From Candidatus Dojkabacteria bacterium (GTDB lineage Bacteria; Patescibacteriota; Dojkabacteria; SC72): a DNA stretch of 64,000 bases. Positions 7,906 through 17,192 of the stretch are shown here, piece by piece. The stretch covers positions 453,744 to 517,743 of the forward strand of contig JBMNHC010000001.1 of NCBI GenBank assembly GCA_050950165.1. Reading direction: 5' to 3'. Position numbers and translations under genes: made by a program. Numbering within the stretch: the stretch's first letter is position 1; the number at the start of each line of letters is the position of its first letter. The notes below the pieces were generated by a model. The model saw nothing but the letters and a program-made list of their open reading frames with translations. It was not told the DNA's origin and searched no databases.

Positions 7906-10005
7906 ATGGCAAAAGTTAAAAACAATTACAAAAATTTACTGATAGTGGAGTCTCCTGCTAAGGCAAAGACCATTAGTAAATTCTTGGGAGATGATTACAA
8001 GGTGATGGCGACTGTAGGGCATGTAATTGATCTGCCTAAGAGTAAACTAGGTGTTGATGTAGAGAATGAATATGAGCCTCAGTTTGAAACTATCTACGGT
8101 AAAGGAAAGATATTGAAGGAGCTTAAGGCCGCACTTCCTAAAGATGGGCAGGTATATCTAGCTATGGACCCAGACAGAGAGGGAGAAGCTATTGCGTGGC
8201 ATGTTAAGAATTTTCTTAAAGTTCCTAATGTAAAGAGGGCTACCTTCCATGAGATTACCAAAGAAGCTGTTCAAGAAGCTCTAGAGTCTAGCTCTGTTGT
8301 AAATGAGAATTTAGTTGAAGCTCAGAAGGCAAGAAGGGTGTTGGATAGGTTGGTTGGATACAAGATATCTGAACTACTTTGGAAGAAGATCTGGTACGGT
8401 CTTTCAGCTGGTCGAGTACAGTCTACTGCTTTGCGATTAATTGTAGAGAGAGAAGAAGAGAGAGAGAGTTTTGTTCCAAAAGAGTACTGGGAGTTTTTTG
8501 TTGATGTAGTAAAAGATAGTGAGAAGTTAAGAATTAAACTAGTTAAAAAAGATTCTAAAAAATATATTCCTAAAACAGGTAAAGAAGTAAATACTCTAAA
8601 AGAACTGTTAGGAGAGAGTAGGTATGTAGTTGTGGATATTACTAAGAAGGAGCAGAAGAAGAATCCATATCCTCCATATACAACATCTACACTACAACAG
8701 TCAGCAAACAATGTACTAGGGTACTCTGCAAAAAGAACAATGGCATTAGCTCAAACCCTCTATCAAGCAGGATATATTACATATATGAGAACAGATTCTG
8801 TGTCGCTTTCTAAGAAAGCCATTGGTCAAATACGAGATGTGATATTAAAAAAATACGGTAGGGAGTATCTGCCAGAATCAGCTAGATATTACAGAACCAA
8901 AAGTAAGAATGCCCAAGAGGCTCATGAGGCCATTAGACCTACAGATTTCAATATCTCTAAGAGTGAAATAGAGAGAAAGTTTGGTACCTTTGAAGCAAAG
9001 ATATATGACTTGATATGGAAAAGAGCAATATCGTCTCAGATGAATGAAAAGAGAGTAGAGAGTCTAGTTGTATATTTTGAACCAGAGGAAAAATTAAAAA
9101 ATATATATACATTCTCAGTAACAGCACAGAAAGTTCTCTTTGATGGATACAGAGTTGTATATGGAAGTAGTAAAGAGGATGAGCTGTTGCAAGAGATTAG
9201 TGGTATTGCTAAAGGAGAGATATTTGATAGGGAAAGATTTGTTACAGAACAAAAATTTACACAACCTAGGGCTAGATATACTGAGGCTTCTCTTGTTAAG
9301 AAATTAGAGGAGTTGGGTATTGGAAGACCTTCTACATATGCCACTATCATCAGTACAATACAGGCTCGTGACTATGTTTCTAAAGATGGAAAATATCTCT
9401 TCCCTAATGATATCGGTAGGGTAGTTACACATTTCCTTAAAAGTAATTTTAAGGACTTGGTAGATTACAAATATACTGCCTCTGTAGAAGAGAGGTTGGA
9501 TAAAATAGCGAGTGGTACTGTTAAATATGTTCCTTTCATTGATAAGGAGTACAAGCCTTTAATGGCAAGTATAGAGAGTGCAGATAGTAATGTTAAAAAA
9601 GAAGATGTAGTGATATTAGAGAAATCTAATGAGAAATGTACTGAGTGTGGCTCAGACATGGTAGTAAAATTAGGAAGGTATGGGAAGTTTCTTAGCTGTA
9701 GTAAATTTCCAGAGTGCAAAGGTATGAAAGATCTAAGTGGAGGAGAGGAGAATTTAGATTTTAAGAAATATGCAAGACCTAAAGAGTGTCCTGAGTGTAG
9801 TTCAGCATTGGTACTCAAAAACAGTAAATACGGTAAGTTCTGGGCATGTGAGAGATATCCAGAGTGTAAGGGGACACTCCCTCTTCTTCTGAATGAAGTT
9901 TGTCCAGAGTGTGGTAAGAATCTTGTAGAGAGAAGAAGTAAATGGGGTAAGACTTTCGTGGGGTGTAGTGGATATCCAGGATGTAAATATATTAAAAAGA
10001 GGTAA
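7906..10005 (+). CDS. topA: DNA topoisomerase I with C-terminal Zn ribbons
   Basis: IVESPAKAKTI, DPDREGE, SAGRVQS, ITYMRTDS, three C4 ribbons. TTGACA-17-TATTTT promoter at 7867-7895. Confidence 0.97.
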   Translation: MAKVKNNYKNLLIVESPAKAKTISKFLGDDYKVMATVGHVIDLPKSKLGVDVENEYEPQFETIYGKGKILKELKAALPKDGQVYLAMDPDREGEAIAWHVKNFLKVPNVKRATFHEITKEAVQEALESSSVVNENLVEAQKARRVLDRLVGYKISELLWKKIWYGLSAGRVQSTALRLIVEREEERESFVPKEYWEFFVDVVKDSEKLRIKLVKKDSKKYIPKTGKEVNTLKELLGESRYVVVDITKKEQKKNPYPPYTTSTLQQSANNVLGYSAKRTMALAQTLYQAGYITYMRTDSVSLSKKAIGQIRDVILKKYGREYLPESARYYRTKSKNAQEAHEAIRPTDFNISKSEIERKFGTFEAKIYDLIWKRAISSQMNEKRVESLVVYFEPEEKLKNIYTFSVTAQKVLFDGYRVVYGSSKEDELLQEISGIAKGEIFDRERFVTEQKFTQPRARYTEASLVKKLEELGIGRPSTYATIISTIQARDYVSKDGKYLFPNDIGRVVTHFLKSNFKDLVDYKYTASVEERLDKIASGTVKYVPFIDKEYKPLMASIESADSNVKKEDVVILEKSNEKCTECGSDMVVKLGRYGKFLSCSKFPECKGMKDLSGGEENLDFKKYARPKECPECSSALVLKNSKYGKFWACERYPECKGTLPLLLNEVCPECGKNLVERRSKWGKTFVGCSGYPGCKYIKKR

Positions 10006-10039
10006 GAATTTTTTAATTCTTGCTCTGTACAATATATCT

Positions 10040-10681
10040 ATGCTACCAAGAGAAAAATTTTTGCTTAAGGGAGTAGATGCACTCTCAGATATTGAATTAA
10101 TTGAGATATTAGTAGGTAGTGGTGTTAAAGGAGAGAGTTTTCAAAAGATATCAAGAAGAATATTAAGTACAGTAAAGGGTGAATTTGAAAACGAAGAATC
10201 TAATCTATTCAAATCTCTACTTAATATTCGTGGTGTAGGCTCTGTTGTCGCTATGAGAATACTAAGTGGTATGGAGTTAGGTAGAAGAATATATGGGGTT
10301 TTTAATGATGAGGTAGTTAGAATTACAAATGCTTCTGAAGCGTATGAGATATTCAAAGATATGGCTAAACTGAAAAGAGAACGAGTGGATATACTCTGTC
10401 TTAATTCTAGATTTGAGAAGATATTAAGAGAGACTGTTGCTTTGGGAAGTGTTAATAGGGCGAATATTTTACCTAGAGATATTCTCTATCCAGCTCTCAT
10501 CTCCAATTCTTCTTTTGTACTAATGGCACACAATCATCCATCAGGAGAGTCTAGTCCTAGTAGAGAAGATATTGAGCTTACAAAAAGAATTAACGATTCT
10601 TTAGAGTTAGTAGGGATACAGTTGCTAGACCATATTGTAATTGGTAGTAATGATTGGCACTCGATAGATATATCTGGTTGA
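10040..10681 (+). CDS. radC: RadC family JAB/MPN protein
   Basis: Starts MLPREK...G...LSD.EL; HhH; HNHPSG...PS.ED and LLDHIVI motifs. Confidence 0.92.
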   Translation: MLPREKFLLKGVDALSDIELIEILVGSGVKGESFQKISRRILSTVKGEFENEESNLFKSLLNIRGVGSVVAMRILSGMELGRRIYGVFNDEVVRITNASEAYEIFKDMAKLKRERVDILCLNSRFEKILRETVALGSVNRANILPRDILYPALISNSSFVLMAHNHPSGESSPSREDIELTKRINDSLELVGIQLLDHIVIGSNDWHSIDISG

Positions 10682-10796
10682 AAAATAACTAAGATGGATA
10701 TATAATCAGAGTCGTATTTAATATATCTCACATATCTTTGGTATTTCCTGGATGAGAATATTCTCTCCACAAAGATAGGTGTTAAAAGGAAAAAGT

Positions 10797-11948
10797 ATGG
10801 AAAAAGAAAAGAAAGTCTCTAAAAAGGATACTACTCCTAAGGCAAAGACTAAAAAGAAAGACCTTAAAGTAGAAATTCCAGAACTATTAACATTCCTCCA
10901 AGCAGGAGCTCACTTTGGGCATAAAAAGAGCGCATGGAATCCAAAAATGAACAAGTTTATCTACGAAACTAGAAACGGTGTTCATATTATCGATCTTGTT
11001 AAATCAAGAAAACTTCTAACAACAGCCTTGGAGATTTTAAATGAAGAAGTAGACAAAGGTAATATCTTAATCATTGGAACTAAAGGACAAGCTGCTGGAT
11101 TAGTAGAGAAGATGTCTAAAGAATCGGGAACATTCTACATTACCAAGAGATGGCCAGGAGGGCTCTTTACTAACTTTGATTGTATTAAAAAGAGTATTCA
11201 ATCTCTAGTTAGAATGGAAGAAGAGTTAGCATCAGGTGGTCAAGATTTGGTTAAGAAAGAGATTCTTCAGATGCAAAATGATGTAGCAAGATTAAATAGT
11301 GTGTATGAAGGTCTAAAGTTTATGGATGAACTACCTAGGATTTTGATAGTGATAGATAGTAAGGTAGAGAAGAACGCTATTAAAGAAGCTCGTATAGTGG
11401 GAGTACCAATTGTAGCATTAATAGATACAAACTGTGATCCAGATTTAATAGATTATCCAATTCCAGCAAATGATGACTCTATTAAAAGTATCTCCCTCTT
11501 TATATCTCTTTTTGGTGAAATCATTAAATCAGGTAAAAAGTCAGAATCATTAAGAGCATTAAGAAAAAATCATGAAGCAAATCTTGCAAACCTTAGAGCA
11601 AAGTACTTGGAAGAGAAAGAGAGAGAAGAGAAGATGGAAGAGGAAGAGAGACTAAGAATGAAAGCCATGAGAGAAGGAAAGACATATGTACAAACTTCAG
11701 GTGTAGTAAGAGTTGTTAAGAAAGAGAAGAATATGGAAGAAGAGTATGCAGCTGCAGAGGCAGTTAAGGCGGAGATTAGTTCTAAAAAAATCGAAGAGTT
11801 AGGACTCTCTGCTAGAGTAGAGAAAGCATTAGTGGAAGGTGGTATTAGTAAAGTAGAAGATTTGCTTGGTAAAGATAAAGAAGAGCTGCTAAGTATTAAA
11901 GGTATCGGTCCTAAGGCTGCAGAAGAGATATTAAAAGCTATTAAATAA
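10797..11948 (+). CDS. rpsB: 30S ribosomal protein S2 with C-terminal coiled linker and alpha-CTD-like HhH domain
   Basis: AGAHFGH..WNPKM, RWPGG.FTN, DTNCDPD.IDYPIPANDD; about 135-aa C-terminal extension. Confidence 0.95.
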   Translation: MEKEKKVSKKDTTPKAKTKKKDLKVEIPELLTFLQAGAHFGHKKSAWNPKMNKFIYETRNGVHIIDLVKSRKLLTTALEILNEEVDKGNILIIGTKGQAAGLVEKMSKESGTFYITKRWPGGLFTNFDCIKKSIQSLVRMEEELASGGQDLVKKEILQMQNDVARLNSVYEGLKFMDELPRILIVIDSKVEKNAIKEARIVGVPIVALIDTNCDPDLIDYPIPANDDSIKSISLFISLFGEIIKSGKKSESLRALRKNHEANLANLRAKYLEEKEREEKMEEEERLRMKAMREGKTYVQTSGVVRVVKKEKNMEEEYAAAEAVKAEISSKKIEELGLSARVEKALVEGGISKVEDLLGKDKEELLSIKGIGPKAAEEILKAIK

Positions 11949-11967
11949 TTTTGAATATATTAGGAAT

Positions 11968-12684
11968 ATGAGTATATCAGTAGAGGATATTAAATTACTT
12001 AGAGCAAAAACATCTGCAGGGATGGTTCTTTGTAAAGAAGCATTAGAAAAGAGTAATGGAGATATGCAGAAAGCAGTGGAGTATATAAATAGTAAGAGTG
12101 ATGTAATTACAAGACTACATAACCTTACTGGAGCTAAAATAGGGCATTGCAAACTTGTACTGGAGGAAACGGGTAGTGATTTTGAGAAAGCAGTAGAGTT
12201 AATTAAAGAGAGGGGATGGGATGAGCCGATAGAGCCAGAGGGTGAGGAAAAGAAGGGAGAGGGAGTTATAGATGTATATCTGCATGGTAAAGAGCAAAAG
12301 TTGGTAGCATTGGTAGAGGTTTCCTGTAAGACAGATTTTGTAGCTAGAAATGAAGACTTTAGATCTTTTGTTCATGAGATTGTACTCCAGATTGCTGCTA
12401 TGAAGCCTCAATATATTTCAAAAGATGATATCTCTTCTAAGAAACTAGATGAGTTAAAAGATGTATTTGAGAAAGAGGCTAAATCTGATGGTAAGCCTTC
12501 TAATATGTTAGAGAAGATAGTAGAGGGTAAGATGAATAAGTATGTAGAGGAGAACTGTTTACTAGAGCAGAAATGGTTTAAGGATGAGAGTAAGAAGATT
12601 CAGAATCTACTTGAAGAAGCAATTACCAAATTAGGAGAGCCTATCGAAGTTAAAAGAATGCTAGTTTGGGAATTTGGGAAGTAA
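11968..12684 (+). CDS. tsf: Elongation factor Ts (short type, duplicated N-terminal UBA-like domain)
   Basis: LR.KT.AG...CK.AL, CKTDFVARN, KIVEGK; follows rpsB. Confidence 0.95.
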   Translation: MSISVEDIKLLRAKTSAGMVLCKEALEKSNGDMQKAVEYINSKSDVITRLHNLTGAKIGHCKLVLEETGSDFEKAVELIKERGWDEPIEPEGEEKKGEGVIDVYLHGKEQKLVALVEVSCKTDFVARNEDFRSFVHEIVLQIAAMKPQYISKDDISSKKLDELKDVFEKEAKSDGKPSNMLEKIVEGKMNKYVEENCLLEQKWFKDESKKIQNLLEEAITKLGEPIEVKRMLVWEFGK

Positions 12685-12688
12685 ATTT

Positions 12689-13345
12689 CTAGCTGTTTGA
12701 TAGTACAAGTAAGATATTTTCACCTTGGGTGTTTTGGTAAGGGTATATAGTGTGATTACCCCAGTTTATCTTCTTCGTTCTTCTTTTTATCAACTCAATT
12801 CCTTCAGATGAGTATATATACGGTATCATAAATGTATACCTAGAATTAAATGATGTACGAGCTACTTTTACCTGTCCAGTCACCTTGTCTTCAACCCCTA
12901 TCCTTACTATTGGTATATCTTTTAATCGTTTTCTGTCATTTGGTAGATGTAGTACTTCTTCCATATCTTTAACTTTATTCGATACAGCTTTTAGAAGAGT
13001 TGAGGGGCATCTAAGTAGTTCTAAACTAGTAATGTTTCTGTTTCCGTCAAATGATGGATATATTAATATCCTACTTTCCTCATCTCTTGGATCAGGTAGA
13101 GAGTGCCTTGCAGCGTGTACAAAAGGCTCTGTTTTGTAGTAGTCTCCATATTCACCTATTAAATTTATAAGAGATTCATTATTTTTATCTCCCTCAGTTA
13201 CAATTATCTCTGGTTGAAGTTGTTCAAATATATGAGTGTAATCAATATAGGATATGTCTGTGTTCTCATACTCAGCATTTAGTCTTTTCGTTAACTCTCC
13301 TGCCTCTGCAGGAATCTCTGTTTCTCGTATGTTTGCCTCTAGCAT
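12689..13345 (-). CDS. Hypothetical protein
   Basis: 218-aa ORF filling the tsf-frr gap in the opposite orientation; no family recognised. Confidence 0.6.
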   Translation of the reverse strand: MLEANIRETEIPAEAGELTKRLNAEYENTDISYIDYTHIFEQLQPEIIVTEGDKNNESLINLIGEYGDYYKTEPFVHAARHSLPDPRDEESRILIYPSFDGNRNITSLELLRCPSTLLKAVSNKVKDMEEVLHLPNDRKRLKDIPIVRIGVEDKVTGQVKVARTSFNSRYTFMIPYIYSSEGIELIKRRTKKINWGNHTIYPYQNTQGENILLVLSNS

Positions 13346-13463
13346 ATATATTTCCTCTATAAGTTATCCCTGTATTATCCTTCTTTAGTAGGTTGTAAGT
13401 CAAGCATATTGAGATTTTAGTCTTTTTAGAATATTATGTATCATAATTTGAATAGTAAAAAAT

Positions 13464-14009
13464 ATGGATATTAATATATTTAAAACAAATATTCAGAAGT
13501 GTATAGATAACCTAGTAGAAGACCTCTCTCAGATTAGAACAGGGCGAGCTACTCCAGAGTTAATTCAAGATATTAATGTTAAAGCATACGGAACAGAAGC
13601 CCCTTTGAAAAACTATGCCACTATTAATATCTCAGATACTCGTTCTCTTCTTGTAACACCTTGGGACAAAGGTATAGTAGATAGTATTGTTAGTGGTATA
13701 TCTACTTCTAACTTAGGTTTTAGTGCATCAGTAGAGGGTGATCATATTAGAGTTAGTATTCCAGAGTTAACCGAAGAGAGAAGAAAAGAATATGTAAAGG
13801 TAATGAAGGATAGAATAGAGGATGCTAGAATTGCTGTTAGACAGGTTAGACAGAAATTTATGAAAGATATTGATGATTCTTTAGGTTCTGGATTTTCAGA
13901 AGATGATGCAGATAGATTAAGAGAAGAAGGAGAGAAGGTTGTTAAGGATGCAAATGGTAAAATAGAGGAGATAAAGGATAATAAAGAGAAAGACCTTATG
14001 TCATTTTAA
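13464..14009 (+). CDS. frr: Ribosome recycling factor
   Basis: IRTGRA.P, P.LTEERRKE, ARIAVR.VR. Confidence 0.97.
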   Translation: MDINIFKTNIQKCIDNLVEDLSQIRTGRATPELIQDINVKAYGTEAPLKNYATINISDTRSLLVTPWDKGIVDSIVSGISTSNLGFSASVEGDHIRVSIPELTEERRKEYVKVMKDRIEDARIAVRQVRQKFMKDIDDSLGSGFSEDDADRLREEGEKVVKDANGKIEEIKDNKEKDLMSF

Positions 14010-14020
14010 CCATTTTTACT

Positions 14021-15163
14021 ATGACCATATTAGTAAACATACTTCTTCTTCTTTTAGTAATTAGTCTTCTTACCTTCATACATGAGTTAGGTCATTTCTT
14101 AGCTGCTAAGATAGTAGGTGCTAAGGTCTTTGACTTCTCTGTGGGTTTCGGTCCTAAAATATTCTCAAAGAGAATAGGGGATACTACATACAACTTAAGA
14201 GTTTTACCATTCGGTGGTTTTGTAAAGATATTAGGAGATGGAGATCCTACTGAAAAGAAAGAGGATTTAAAGGATAAAGGTAATCTTAAAAACAAGAGTA
14301 AGCTATCTCAGATATTTGTAATGCTTGCAGGAGTATCTATGAATATGCTCTTGGCAGTAGTTTTGTATACCGTCTTTCTCTCTTCTTCTGCTTGGAGACT
14401 AAATATTACTAGTGAGTACAAAGATTTTGATGCTACAGGAGCAGATGTCAAAATAGAGAGAGTTTCAGATCTACCATATGAACTACTAAAAGAGGGAGGT
14501 GCTGTAGAGTCAGGTATGTATGAAAAAGGATATATCAAGAGTGTTAATGGAGAGAGTATAGATGGGTTTGTAGAGTTTAAAGAGTATCTTTCTAACTTTA
14601 AAGAGAAGGTTGTTGATTTAGAGGTGTGTAGTGAAGATTTAGCAAGATGTGAGATATTCCCTACATCTGTAGATAAAGATGGTAGGGTAGGTATGTATAT
14701 TGGAGAGAATTATTCTGTGTTTATAGATTATTCAAACAACAAGATATTTTCTGGTTTTGCACATAGTGTAAATGTACTTAGGTTAACAGGTAAGGTATTA
14801 GGTACTCTTCTTTCACAAGCAAGGCAGAGTGGTGACTATTCTACTCTTTCAAATACAGTTAGTGGTCCTGTGGGTATATATTTTGTAGTAGACTATTTTA
14901 AAACGTTAGGTATATTTGTATTTTTAGGAATAATTGCAGATCTTTCTCTTTCATTAGCAATAATTAATCTTTTCCCTATACCTGCATTAGATGGGGGTAG
15001 GGCTATGATATTGTTAATAGAGAGTATTGTTAGGAGGGATTTAAATGAGAAGGTAGAGAGTATAATTATTAATATTAGTTTTGTTTTCTTAATTCTTCTA
15101 ATTATCGCTATTATGTTTAAAGATATTTTTAATATAAAAGAATTGCAGAGTTGGTTTAGATAG
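14021..15163 (+). CDS. rseP: RseP-like M50 protease with PDZ-like insert
   Basis: HELGHF, FSVGFGP, PFGGFV, GPVGI, NLFPIPALDGG; downstream of frr. Confidence 0.92.
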   Translation: MTILVNILLLLLVISLLTFIHELGHFLAAKIVGAKVFDFSVGFGPKIFSKRIGDTTYNLRVLPFGGFVKILGDGDPTEKKEDLKDKGNLKNKSKLSQIFVMLAGVSMNMLLAVVLYTVFLSSSAWRLNITSEYKDFDATGADVKIERVSDLPYELLKEGGAVESGMYEKGYIKSVNGESIDGFVEFKEYLSNFKEKVVDLEVCSEDLARCEIFPTSVDKDGRVGMYIGENYSVFIDYSNNKIFSGFAHSVNVLRLTGKVLGTLLSQARQSGDYSTLSNTVSGPVGIYFVVDYFKTLGIFVFLGIIADLSLSLAIINLFPIPALDGGRAMILLIESIVRRDLNEKVESIIINISFVFLILLIIAIMFKDIFNIKELQSWFR

Positions 15164-15333
15164 TATATCTTTTAAGTAAGAATATTTATTTACTGCTCTA
15201 ATGGCTATAAGATTAAATAAAACAACAAAGATAATACTTGCAATAGTAATATTAATTCTTTCTGTTGCTCTAGGTTATTTAATATGGAGAATTAATCAAC
15301 CAGAGAGATTAGATCCTACAGATAGTGATGCGG
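15143..15333 (+). repeat. 5' conserved flank, copy 1 (rseP 3' end, UTR and first 44 codons)
   Basis: 191 bp; 2 mismatches to 17002..17192 by eye. Confidence 0.95.
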
Positions 15334-16985
15334 CATATCCTACTTGTCCAGGGGGGTGTAATTGGAATGTTGGGTTACAGGAGTGTATTGGAGGAAGGGG
15401 ATGTGTAAGTGTTTCAAGCACTGGATGTCCTAGTGGATTGGTTCTTAAGGGACATGTGTGTTGTGAAGAATGTACATCAAATGAACCTCCTGGTGAATGT
15501 GTGTACTACCCTGAAAGAAAAGTTCCTAATTGTCCAAATTGTGCTAAGGGATACTATAGTTGTTCTAAAGGGGTTTGTCAGCCCTGCCAACCTGATGCGG
15601 AGGGGCTAACTCTTGATGTTTGTAGATCCAGAGCCGATAGTAGGAATGGTGTGACAGTACCAGAATTGTGTAAAAAATCTCTTTCCTATTGGGGTTGTAG
15701 TCAGAGAAAAGATAATCCAGAACTATACGATTTAATTCAGATTCCTTGTAAAGATGAACCCCCTTCTGAACCAGACTGTGGAGAAGATTTGGAACCTAAG
15801 TCATTTGCGTTTAATAAGGCTAATACTGATGCTAGTAAGATAGGACCGTTTCCTGAAGATGGTAAAGTAGTATTCTTTTTTAAGAGTTTGTTGCCTGATG
15901 TAGCAGGAGGTGGTCCATATAGACCTAAAATATCATTTAAGGTAGTAAGTACTGATAGTACGAGGAATGGACAAACATATGTATACACACCCTCTGCTGA
16001 TGAAGAGAGGAAGGAGACAATCTTCGCTATTAAAGAAGGAGAGTATTTACTCTTAACAGACTCGGATGACAACAATAATCAGGGAAGTCCTGAGTGCGCT
16101 CCTACTGAGAATAATCCTAAATACAAATCTTTTGGATGGATAGCACCTAGTGGTGGTTTGTGTGGTTCAGGTCTGTTAGGTCCTCCTACTGAGGGTAATA
16201 GAGTGCCATATGACAAACCAAGTATTGCTGCGTTTAGAAGCAAGTCTGTGAGTCAAGGGTATAAAGAACTTCCTAAGGGAGAGCAGTGTTGGGCAGACTG
16301 GAGAGAGTGGCCTGGAGACTACGACTTTAATGATTACTTCTTAATGGTCTCATATGTTACAGAACCTAAATCTCTTCTAACTGCAGATATATCTGTAGAA
16401 AAAAGTGCAATTGAGTCATGTATAAATGAAGAAACAGAAAATCCAGAAGCAGAGTTAGCATATTCAATAACCATTACAAACAAAGGAGGAGTAGCAGGTA
16501 CTGTATCGAAAGTGGTGGATACATTAGATAGTAAGGTTGTAGCAGGGTCTGTATCTTCAATATCTGATTCAGGTTCTTACTCTGAAGGAAAAATTACTTG
16601 GAACTTTACTCCTGCTTTGAGTCTTGATGCCAATGGGGGTAAAAAGGTATTAACGTACAAAGTAAAAGTTGCAAAAGAAAATTTTGGTGAATACAAAAAT
16701 GTTGTGGTAGTGACAACCTCTACGGGAGAAGTGACTGCAGAGTACAGTATTGTTGCAGATTGTATAATTACAACACCAGATACACCAGATAAACCTGGAG
16801 AGAAAGTACCTCAAACAGGTCTCTTTGATCTAGTTCTTTCTAGAATAGCTGCAGGTGTAATATTAGTAATATTCGGTGTCTTTGTATACAACATACCTAA
16901 TACAGTATTTACTTTTCATTATCGTAAGAAGAAAATATCATATAAATATAGAGAAAAGTTTGAAAAGAGAATGACAGGTAATTAG
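15201..16985 (+). CDS. Cys-rich surface protein A with DUF11-like Ig domain and VPQTG-TM-basic tail
   Basis: N-terminal TM, Cys-rich region, DUF11-like (SVEKS..L.YSITITNKG..VVDTL) domain, sortase-like C-terminal signal. Confidence 0.8.
   Translation: MAIRLNKTTKIILAIVILILSVALGYLIWRINQPERLDPTDSDAAYPTCPGGCNWNVGLQECIGGRGCVSVSSTGCPSGLVLKGHVCCEECTSNEPPGECVYYPERKVPNCPNCAKGYYSCSKGVCQPCQPDAEGLTLDVCRSRADSRNGVTVPELCKKSLSYWGCSQRKDNPELYDLIQIPCKDEPPSEPDCGEDLEPKSFAFNKANTDASKIGPFPEDGKVVFFFKSLLPDVAGGGPYRPKISFKVVSTDSTRNGQTYVYTPSADEERKETIFAIKEGEYLLLTDSDDNNNQGSPECAPTENNPKYKSFGWIAPSGGLCGSGLLGPPTEGNRVPYDKPSIAAFRSKSVSQGYKELPKGEQCWADWREWPGDYDFNDYFLMVSYVTEPKSLLTADISVEKSAIESCINEETENPEAELAYSITITNKGGVAGTVSKVVDTLDSKVVAGSVSSISDSGSYSEGKITWNFTPALSLDANGGKKVLTYKVKVAKENFGEYKNVVVVTTSTGEVTAEYSIVADCIITTPDTPDKPGEKVPQTGLFDLVLSRIAAGVILVIFGVFVYNIPNTVFTFHYRKKKISYKYREKFEKRMTGN
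16748..16904 (+). repeat. 3' conserved flank, copy 1 (IVADC...VPQTG...NIPNT)
   Basis: 157 bp; 2 adjacent mismatches to 18448..18604. Confidence 0.95.
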
Positions 16986-17001
16986 GGTTTTAGATATTAA
17001 G

Positions 17002-17192
17002 TTGCAGAGTTAGTTTAGATAGTATATCTTTTAAGTAAGAATATTTATTTACTGCTCTAATGGCTATAAGATTAAATAAAACAACAAAGATAATACTTGC
17101 GATAGTAATATTAATTCTTTCTGTTGCTCTAGGTTATTTAATATGGAGAATTAATCAACCAGAGAGATTAGATCCTACAGATAGTGATGCGG
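17002..17192 (+). repeat. 5' conserved flank, copy 2
   Basis: Direct repeat of 15143..15333, offset 1859. Confidence 0.95.

Noticed and set aside
10040-10681. radC as a marker of a mobile element
   Set aside because: Full-length chromosomal type between topA and rpsB; no integrase or att sites nearby.
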